A stretch of 64,000 nucleotides of DNA. It comes from Mobula hypostoma. Taxonomy: Eukaryota. The translations under genes were made by a program, and so were the position numbers. The stretch covers positions 163,062,001-163,126,000 of the forward strand of contig NC_086097.1 of NCBI RefSeq assembly GCF_963921235.1, given 5' to 3'. Below, piece after piece: positions 1 to 9,608 of the stretch (position 1 is its first letter; each line of letters starts with the position of its first letter). The notes under the pieces were generated by a model. The model did no database searches and was not told the DNA's origin. It saw only the letters and a program-made list of their open reading frames with translations.

Positions 1-659
1 ACGGAGCTGTTATCAGAAATAGCTATTGAACCACGTTTGCATACGAGCCCGGTGAGGGGGTAATATAAGTAAAACACTTATAGATAGCTTCATAGCAACA
101 TGTTCTACAGCTCCAATTGAATCCCAGGAATACAGAGAATCTACCTATTCTGGTTATTTAACTACAACCTCATTCTACCTTTTAGTCATGTTAATTATCT
201 TATCCACAGTCTGCAGGTCCACATTCAAACCCAGATACTGAGGTCGCACAGAAATAAAGGAACTGCTTCTTGCAATGCAAATCTCAAGTGACATTGTCAG
301 GATTGGACAATAATAACCCTGATAATGCAACAAGGTCCTACTTTGCTCTCAAAGACTGACCGTGCCAGGATGCAAACAGAACATTCATGGGTACTTCAGA
401 ATCATAGGTTCTTCAGGAACTACTGAATCAAGAATTATACCAACTCTCCCACTGCATTACCAGAACAATAATTAATGAAACGTCCAGCCATCAAAGGCCA
501 TGCATACTGCATATTGTGCTAAATTAGAAAGCACAGCAGCCACGGTGAGATGGCTGATCAAGATATCCTTAAATCTAGTGAATAGCAGGACTGTGTCTAC
601 CATTCCATCAGCAATTCATCTAAAGGCTCTTGTGGATGAATGTTACGTGTAGGCACAAT

Positions 660-2270
660 TAGAATTGAATTGACTTCATTACTTATATCCTTCACTTACA
701 TGAGGAGTAAAAATCTTTATGTTACATCTCCATCTAAATGGAGAAGATGGCGCGACGCAGCTCGCAGCGGCCACTCCGGTGGTGATGTCTGTTATTTGTC
801 AAGTAGGGTGCCATACACAATTCTGATTTGATGGAGATGGATGCGAGAGCACGGAGGAACACCTGGAGAAACTTCTGAAATGCCTGCTTCGCTGCTGCTG
901 CTGCTACCCTGTGGTCCAGAGTCTCCGGAGAAGGCCCCGAGTCCTCGGCTTTGCTTGTTGCTCGGTGGCCGGGGCGGGGTCAAAGCCCTCGGCAGAGGAT
1001 GGTGCTCGGAGAGGCTGTATCAGAGGGGCTGGTCAGAGGCTCGAAGTTTTTGGACAGACTCAGAGTCGGCTGCGGTCAGGTGCTTCCAATGCATCAGCAA
1101 GTTGTCGGCGCCTGGAGGTTCGTGGCAGGGAGTGTTTCTCCCTTCTGCTGCCTGCGTTAGATGATGAGTCAATCGGGACTTTGAGACTTTTTTTTATTGT
1201 GCCCATGATCTGCTCTTTATCAAATTATAGTATTGCTTTGCACTGTTGTAACTATATGCTATAATTAAATGGTTTTGTCAGTTTTAGTCTTTGTTTGTCC
1301 TGTTTTTTTTTGTGATCATCATTCTGGAGGAACATTGTATCATTTTTTAATGCATGCATTTCTAAATGACAATAAACAAGCTGAGTGTCCTCATAATCTA
1401 ATCTAATCTAAATGTACAATGTGCAATTTATAGTATGTACAATAGGACGGTCAATATAACAGAGAAGAGTAATTGTGTCAGAGTAAATTAATCAGTCTGA
1501 TGGCCTGGTGGAAGAAGCTGACCCAGAGCCTGTTGGTCATGGCTTTTATGCTGCGATACCATCTCCTGGATGGTCGCAGCTGGAACAGATTGTGCTTGGG
1601 GTGACTCGGGCCCCCAGTGATCCTTTGGGACCCTTTTTATGCACCTTTCTCTGTAAATGTTCTGAATAGTGGGAAGTTCATACCTACAGATGCGCTGGGC
1701 TGTCTGCACCAATCTCTGCAGAGTCCTGCAATTGAGAGAAGTACAGTTCCCATACCAGGCAGTGATGCAGCTAGTCAGGATGCTCTCAATTGTGCCACTG
1801 TAGAAAGTTCTCAGGATTTGGGGGCCCATACCAAACTTCTTCAAATGTCTGAGGTGAAAGAGGCGCTGTTGTTTTTCACCACACAGCCTGTATGTACAGC
1901 TTTACATGAGATCCTCGATGATGTGTATGCCGAAGAACTTAAAGCTGTTCACCCTCGCAACCCCTGGTTCACTGATGTCGATAGGGGTTAGCCTGTCTCC
2001 ATTCCTCCTATTGTCCACAACCAGCTCCCTTGCTTTTGCAACATTGAGGGAGAGGTTGTTTTCTTGATACCACTATGTCAAGGTGATGACTTCTTCTCTG
2101 TAGGCTACCTTGTTATTATTTGAGATTAGGCCAATCAACATAGTATCATCAGCAAATTTAATTAGCAGATTGGAGCTGTGGGTGGCAACACAGTCATGGG
2201 TATACAGAGAGTAAAGGAGGGGGCTTAGGCCACAGCCCTGAGGAACACCTGTGTTGAAGGTCAGAGGGGC
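660..2270 (-). mobile_element. Rex1/Babar LINE, 5'-truncated and degenerate, interrupted by the insertion at 741-1405
   Basis: RT fragments [20 protein letters not shown]...KFADDT and FYSGTIESILTSCITAWYGNC. The 3' tail lies near 660. Confidence 0.85.
741..1405 (+). mobile_element. Non-autonomous retroelement (AAGATGGCG head, (AATCT)n tail), copy 1
   Basis: 9-bp TSD ATCTAAATG at 732-740 and 1406-1414. Homologous end to end with 60787-61452. Confidence 0.85.
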
Positions 2271-2471
2271 AGACCCCTTGTGGATGACAATCCTCTTGCA
2301 CCTAACGAATAAGCACCAAATGGTAAACTGGGTCCTGAGATGGAGATTTGGAAAGCGCATTTCTATAAAACAAATTTTAGAAGATGTGATAAGTTGAATC
2401 ATATTGTTCCTTTCATGACTTAGGATGTATTAAAGAGCTTTATTGTGAAGTGAATCACTATTTTTTTTTGG

Positions 2472-3020
2472 AAATCTACAGCACATTACAGGCCCTTTAG
2501 CCTACAATGTTGTGCCGACCATGTAACCTACTCTAGAAGCTGCCTAGAATCTGTCTACCGCATACCTCTATTTTTCTAAGCTCTCTTATTATAAGAGTCT
2601 CTTACTATATCCACCTCCACCACCATCACTGGCAGTGTATTCCACGCACCCACCACTCTCTATGTGAAAAACTTAGCTCTGACATTCCCCTTGTACTTAC
2701 TTCCAAGCACCTTAAAACTATGCCCTCTTGTGCTAGTCATTTCAGCCCTGGGGAAAAAGCCTCTGGCTGTCCACAGGATCGATGCCTCTCATCATCTTAT
2801 ATACCTCTATCAGGTCACCTCTCATCTTCTGTCGTTCCAAGGAGAAAAGACCAAGTTCACTCAACCTATTCTCATAAGGCATGCTCTCCAATCCAGGCAA
2901 CATCCTTGTAAATCTCCTCTGCACTCTCTCCATAGTATCCACATCCTTCCTGTAGTGAGGTGACCAGCACTTAACACATTACTCCAAGTGGGGTCTGATC
3001 AAGTTCTTATATAGCTGTAA
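2472..3020 (-). mobile_element. CR1 LINE 3' fragment
   Basis: ERVQRRFTRMLPGLESMPYENRLSELGLFSLE...RGDLIEVYKMMRGID, a typical CR1 ORF2 C-terminus, followed by 3' UTR. Confidence 0.9.
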
Positions 3021-4719
3021 CAATCTAGCATACCTGATGATCAATTTTCACAAATCATGATACCACATTCAACAATATTCAGCAATGTTGCCTGTTGCTG
3101 TTACAGTTATTTGAAGGTTGAATATGGGTCAGGGCATTGAGAAGGATATTCTTACTTTCTTCCAAGCTTTTACATTCTTTCAGTACTTAGGCAAACTCTG
3201 ACATGGTGGGTTTATATCACAGAAATTCTAGAGTGTGACCTGAACTAACATCTTCTAACTCAAGAGACAAAGGGTAGATGCAACTAAGCCACAACAGGAG
3301 CCATTCTTAAACTCCTCACACACAGAGTCACATACAACAGCAATCCATCTTGCAAAACTATGTCAGGTCACTTCTATTCATGTTACAAGGTCAATTTATC
3401 ACCTCCTTTCTCTACTTTAAAATGCTGAGTGCAATTCCTTCCTTAAAATAAATAAATACCTGTCACATTCAACCCCAATATCAAAATTTTTAAAAACTTG
3501 TCACGTTTTGCATGAACCGGAGGTCACTTTAGCACCATTGGCAACTGACTGAATTGTCAGATATCTGGTTCAATATTAACATGCTGTGCACACTCAACAG
3601 CATTAGCAATGAATGTGGCACGGTACTGCTGTTTAACCCTGACAACCTCAGTAAACCTAAAACCTGGTTCAAAGAAAACGCATGTGCAATTAGGCTGCAC
3701 ATGTAAGCTGTTTCATTCACGTACTTAAGAAAACTGCAGCAATGCGTAAAGTAATTAGAAAACATGGCCAGTGCAGGCAACAGAAACCACCCCCAACCAG
3801 GAATCCATGAGAGAGCTGTTGGAGGTTAAAAGGAAAAAGAAAGTTTGCTGCAGCAAAGGGGTCATGAGATGTACAAATAGCTCCCCAGAGCTATTTGGTT
3901 AATTACCATGGATGGGGAATTAGAGCTGCCTTTTTAGCATTCCTTCCTGTTTGCTCATTTATTACCGAGTGTCTTCTAAGTGTGTAAACAGTCTTGAGGA
4001 AGAGAAAAATCAAAAGAATGGCAGATGCTGGAAATTAGCTATCTTGTTACTGCTCTAGGCCTCCCAGTGTGATCCTATTAAAGTTTGTAATGACACTTTG
4101 CTCCAATAAATATGCAAGGCAAGGCACACTTTGAGATGTTTCAGAGATTGAATCTGATAACATTCTCTGGTCCTGTTCCCCCCCACCCCCCGCCCCACCC
4201 CCAATATATCCAAGTGCAGGTTTTCATTATGCAAATACATAAGCAGAATGAATTTCAGACATGACCTAATGGTTAACAAAATCATAGCAACTTGAAAAAA
4301 TAATTAAGTGAGCAGAGGAAGAGATTTTGCAACTATGTTCTTTATCAAGGTAGAGACGCAAGTGACTACAGTTGCTGGGATCTGGAGCACGTAAACTCCT
4401 GAAGAAGTCAACAAGTCAAGGAGTATCTGTGGACAGACAGCATTGGTTGATGCTGCAGGCCAAGATTCTGGAAACCTCAGTTAACCTGAAACCTGGTTCA
4501 CAGAAAACAATTTACAATTAGGCTATTCATTTCAACTGCTTCTTTTACATTCTCGATGCAAAAAGCAGTGATGCTTTTTGAGAGTGTAGAGGGAGCACAG
4601 CGTATAAATATAAGTGAGTGGGAGGGGCAAAATAGCATTTGATAGGTGATAGTTAAAACCAGACTCTGGGGAGGGGAGAGATGGACAATTAGAGTCAGAT
4701 GGGAGATGGGATAGATGGG

Positions 4720-5432
4720 GGGATGGAGATACTCCTTTGCTTGCATCTTCAGAAACAGTCCTATTTCTATCTTCAATATCTCTATTTTTTCCCTTTTAGG
4801 GTTCTTTTGAAGACCCTGACCCGGAGTTGCACGCTGACTTCAGTTCTTTGCAGGAATGGGACCCGCTCTCAGGGTCTCACGACTGGCTGCTATTCAGTGT
4901 GTCAAGGATGCGGCCTAGAAGACTAGCATGCCTTTATGGTTCTGGGATTCCGTGGCTCTGAAGGCGGGCGGACTCAAAGTCGGTGCTGCTGCAGGAAACT
5001 GGTGCGTCCTGGGAGACGGAATATTGAAAGCAGTAAGCTGGCTGCTGGCTGTGTGCCCAGAGACCCAAGTTCTTTGGGCACCAAGCTTGGAAAAAGCTAC
5101 ACAACAGACTTTTAACATCATAAACCAGCGAGTTGTTTGTTATGTCTCACCTCTCACTGTGAAACAGGAACAACTCATTTTCCCTCATTAGGGAGGGAAG
5201 AGTCGAGTGGTCAGTGGGGGCGCCGATGCTTTTTTGCTGGTGGGTGAGGGGGCTGTCGTTGCTTTGCTGCTGCTTATGTGTGGGTGGGGGGAGGACTTTG
5301 GGGTTCTAACACTTAACTGTCATTCATTCTTTGGGGGACTCCATTTTCGTGGATGTTTGCGAAGCAAAAGAATTTCAGGATGTATACCGTATACATTTCT
5401 CTGACATTAAATGTACCTTTGAAACCTTTGAA
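4720..5432 (+). mobile_element. Probable non-autonomous retroelement with Rex1-like 3' tail
   Basis: GC-richer noncoding body ending in ATTAAATGTACCTTTGAAACCTTTGAAA, a short tandem tail. The 5' boundary is uncertain. Confidence 0.5.
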
Positions 5433-5639
5433 AGGTGAACCAATTGAGAAGAAAATCAGCTGCTTTAGCTACAGCATATGGCTGCTAGGAAGATGAGATG
5501 GAACCCAAATGAAAGAGAGTGAGAGGACAGGTATTGGGGAAAGGATAGAGTCATATAGCACTACAGCACAGAAGTAGACCCTTTGTCCTTTCAGACTATG
5601 TGCCCTCTGCACTCTTTCAAGCTAGGTCTATACTGGAAT

Positions 5640-6424
5640 GTATTCCCAACTGCCTGCTCTTACTCCTCCAACCATTCGCCCCCGGTAGAACAGGGAATGA
5701 GTTCTCCTGATCCCCATCAGCCTTGTGTAGAGCACATCATCGTTCACCACTTCCACCAGATCCCACCACCCACCCTTACTGTTTTCCACAGGGACTACGC
5801 TCTTCCTGAATCCACGCTCTGCGCATTCCTTCCCACTCAATTTTTCCTGTCCTGTTACTTTTCCCTGCGACAACAGCAGTTCAACACCTTGTGCCTACAC
5901 TTTCCCCCTCACCACCACCCAGGGACCTAAACAGTTCTTCTATGTGAGGGAGGAATTCATGTGCACCTTTTCAAATTGGTCTCAATGTGAGCTCCTGTAT
6001 GTCGGTGAGACCAAGCTAAAACTTGGTAACCAATTTGTGGAGCACCTGTGCTCTCTCTGTAGCAGCTATCCTAAGCTTTTGGCTGCATGATATTTTAATT
6101 TCTCTTCCCACTTTAACACTGATCTGAGCTCCCTCAGTTGTCACCACTGCCACTGTGAGGCCAAATACTAATGAGAAGCATAAATCCTCGTATTCCTCTT
6201 GGGTAGCCTACAGCCCAATGGCATGAACACTAGACTTTCCAACTGTAGCTTCCCTTTCCTTTCTCTTTTTACCTAGCCACAAATCCCTCCCCCACTAGGT
6301 TTCATCTGCCCATCGTCCACATATCTGCTTACTAGGCTTTCTTCTTCCTTGGTTCATCTTTCTTAACCCCTCTCCCATCTGGTTCCATCTGCCCATCATC
6401 CCTTCCCCCACCCATCATCTCATA
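5640..6424 (+). mobile_element. Old Penelope-like element fragment (its tail resumes at about 7425-7610)
   Basis: Degenerate GIY-YIG region (LYVGETK; CTTGGGTAGCCTACAGCCCAATGGCATGAAC), similar to the younger copies in the window. Confidence 0.7.
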
Positions 6425-6487
6425 GCACCACACATCAAAGTTGCCGGTGAACGCAGCAGGCCAGGCAGCATCTCTAGGAAGAGGTAC

Positions 6488-6523
6488 AGTTGACGTTTCA
6501 GGCCGAGACCCTTCGTCAGGACT
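6488..6523 (-). ncRNA. Minimal type I hammerhead ribozyme motif (Penelope)
   Basis: Minus strand reads AGUC CUGACGA AGGGUCUCGGCCU GAAAC GUC AACU. Confidence 0.7.
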
Positions 6524-7288
6524 AACTGAAAGAAGAGCTAGTAAGAGATTTGAAAATGGGAGGGGGAGAGGGAGATCCGAAATAATAGGAGAAAACAGGA
6601 GGGGGAGGGATGGAGCCAAGAGCTGGACAGGTGATTGGCAAAAGGGATATGAGAGGATCATCACCCTAGCCGACTCACAGGTGAAATGTTGCCTTGTACT
6701 GCGTCTGGTGCTCCCGATGCGGCCTTCTATATATTGGTGAGACCAAACGCAGACTCAGAGACCATTCCACTGAACTCCTATGCTCTGTCCGCCAAAGAAA
6801 GCAGGATCTCCCAGTGGCCACACATTTTAATTCCACATCCCATTCCCATTCTGATATGTCTATCCATGGCCTCCTCTACTGCAAAGATGAAGCTACACTC
6901 AGGTTGGAGGATCAACACCTTATATTCCGTCTGGGTAGCCTCCAACCTGATGGCATGAACACTGACTTCTCAAACTTCCGCTAATGCCCCACCTCCCCCT
7001 CGTACCCCATCCATTATTTATTTATATACACACATTCTTTTTCTTTCTCTCACTCTCCTTTTTCTCCCTCTGTCCCTCTCACTATACCCCTTGCCCATCC
7101 TCTGGGCTTTCCTCCCTCCCCCTTTTCTTTCTCCCTAGGCCTCCTGTCCCATGATCCTCTCATATCCTCTTTTCCTATCACCTGTCCAGCTCTTGGCTCC
7201 ATCTCTCCCCCTCCTGTCTTCTCCTATCATTTTGGATCTCCCCCTCCCCCTCCCACTTTCAAATCCCTTACTCACTCTTCCTTCAGTT

Positions 7289-7324
7289 AGTCCTGACGAA
7301 GGGTCTCGGCCTGAAACGTTGACT
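7289..7324 (+). ncRNA. Minimal type I hammerhead ribozyme motif (Penelope)
   Basis: AGUC CUGACGA AGGGUCUCGGCCU GAAAC GUU GACU, with stem I AGUC/GACU. Confidence 0.75.
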
Positions 7325-7680
7325 GTACCTCTTCCTAGAGATGCTGCCTGGCCTGCTGCGTTCACCAGCAACTTTGATGTGCATTGCTTGAAATTCCAGC
7401 ATCTGCAGATTTCCTCGTGTTTGCATCTGATACCACCTATCCTTTGCCAGCCTGTCTCACCGCTCCTTCTCACTTTTACATACAGTACTGGCTTCCTTTG
7501 TTCTACACTCTCAATGCTCATGCAAGTCTTGATCCAACTCACGATGCATCCCTTCACCTCCACAATTGCTGCTCAACCCACTAAGTTCTTCCAGCAGTTT
7601 ATTTTTTGTTCTATGTTGTCAATGAGGTTTGTTTTCAGGATAGAATCTATACAAATACAGTATTTCAAGATATTTGAGAT

Positions 7681-8335
7681 CATAAGACCATAAAACATAG
7701 GAGCAGAATTAGGACATTCAACCCATCTAGTCTGTTCTGCCATTCCATCATGTCTGATTTATTATCCCTCTCAATCCCATTCTACTGCCTTCTCCCCATA
7801 ATATTTGATGCTCTGAATAATCATGAACCTATCAACATTCACTTTAAATGTACGTAATGACTGTCTCCACAGCTATCTGTGTCAATGAATTCCACAGATT
7901 CACCAGCGTTTGACTAAAGAAATTCCTCCCCATCTGTGTTAGGAAGGGATGTCCTTCTATTCTGAGATTGTGCCCTCTGGTCCTGGACTCCCCCACTATA
8001 GGAAACATCCTCTCCACATCCACTCCTATTTAGGACTTTCGATATTTTATAGATTTCAATGAGAACCCCTGCCCCCCCCCCACCCCGGCATTCTTCTAAA
8101 CTCTAGTGAATGTAGACCCAGAAGCTCTTCATATGTTAGCTCTTTAATTCCTGGGATAACTCTCATTAATTCCTCATTAATTCCTGGGATAACTCTCATT
8201 AGCTCTTTAATTCCTGGGATAACTCTCATTACCATTCTCTGGACCTTTTCCAATGCCAGTATATCCTTTCTTGGATCAGGTACACAAAACTGCTCACAAT
8301 ATTCCAAGGGCAATCTGGCCAATGCCTTACAAAGC
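7681..8335 (-). mobile_element. CR1 LINE 3' fragment with internal tandem triplication
   Basis: LEYCEQF...RKDILALEKVQR...LGLHSLEFRRM, followed by a CR1-type 3' UTR ending at 7681. Confidence 0.85.
8136..8231. repeat. Tandem repeat, 3 x 30-33 bp
   Basis: TTAATTCCTGGGATAACTCTCATTA occurs three times. Confidence 0.9.
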
Positions 8336-8867
8336 TGGGGACAGTCATTTTAGGAATTGTAGAACATTCCCAAAATGTAACCACTCCACAATGATGTCTA
8401 TACTTTTGACAGTCTACACTGTCAACTAAGAAATTAACTCTGTCTTTCCACCTTCTCTTCTTTAAGAGGCTCCTCAAACCCTCTCCATTACCTTTGTGGA
8501 ACTCCTCAAACCCTCTCTGTCCATTCTCCAAACCATTGACTTTGTGAAACTCTTCAAACCCTCTCCGTCTGTTCCTCCAGACTTGGTGGAAGATACCCTT
8601 TACTGTACCCAAGTCCTACTGTCCTTCCAGCAAGCAGGAGCTGATCACAACCAATGGCTGTAGAGTGGCGCATCTCAGTGTTCAGCTCAGATTCCAGGTT
8701 GGGGAATCAAGAACTAGCACATGGTTTTAGGGTAAGAGGGGAGACAGTTAGTAAGAAACTGGAGGTGCAACTGAGGTGGAACGAGCTGCTAGAGAAAATG
8801 GTTGGGGGAGGTGTAATAACAACCTTTAAAATGAAAAAAGTTTTAGGAAGTTATAGGCCAAATATAG

Positions 8868-9608
8868 GCCAGTTAATTGGGACACATCTGGCCCAGTACA
8901 TTTTGGCCCAATTAAGCGGCTGCCCCAATTAGCTGAAATTTCATGGAAATAGTTAAAAGGATATAAAAAAGACAAGCTACTATTTAACTGAGTAACAAAT
9001 GTATTTAAATTAGAACACTATCAATACTACGACAGTACCATAGAACTGTGTATTAGTGCCTGATGTTATCAACAGAGGATCTCATCCAGTGAATGCTGCC
9101 ACGTTCTTTTGATTGACTGTAAATGAACAAAATCAGTGCAAATATCTAGCGTAAGTAATGGACTATCTTCGTATAATGCTATCAATGATTGCATCCTCCA
9201 AATCTTCATTTTCAAACTGTTACATTTTCACTCCTGGCTGTTTCTGGCATCTCCAAGCCTGAATGCTTGAAACTGCGGTGAGCAAAACAGTTCTGAGTTG
9301 TCTTACTGCTTATTTCTCACCAATTATCAGTATCAAATATCACTGCAGTTTAAACACAAGCACATGTAACTATTGATAGTTAAAAAACTGTACAATATAG
9401 TGCCTAATGGCCACACAAATGCACACATCTGACGCTAATTAGAAATTGCTCAGCAACAGTCCCCTGCGCTAATTAAATAGTGTGGTGTCCCAAAAAAACA
9501 AAGGGAATCCTGGCTATTTTCTCAATTAATCTTTGTTCTTTTGGAGTTGTCCTAAATCAGCAGATGCCCAGATTGATTGATGGCCCAATTAACTGGAATG
9601 CAATACTG
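8868..9608. mobile_element. Probable non-autonomous Tc1/mariner (Tigger/pogo-like) DNA transposon
   Basis: Inverted ends CCAGTTAATTGGG ... CCCAATTAACTGG, with subterminal CCCAATTA repeats. Confidence 0.55.

Larger units (their letters stand above)
6431..7424 (+). mobile_element. Young Penelope-like element: 3' part with an inverted partial terminal repeat
   Basis: GIY-YIG endonuclease YCVWCSRCGLLYIGETKRRLRDH at 6694-6984. 6431-6660 is an inverted copy of 7152-7381. Confidence 0.9.

Noticed and set aside
6332..7693. ORFs of 100-180 aa such as MILSYPLFLSPVQLLAPSLPLL, repeated at 34.3 and 63.1 kb
   Set aside because: Translations of the low-complexity Penelope 3' tail on both strands, not host genes.
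8136..8570. CRISPR-like repeat array
   Set aside because: Eukaryotic context, no unique equal-length spacers, and no cas genes.
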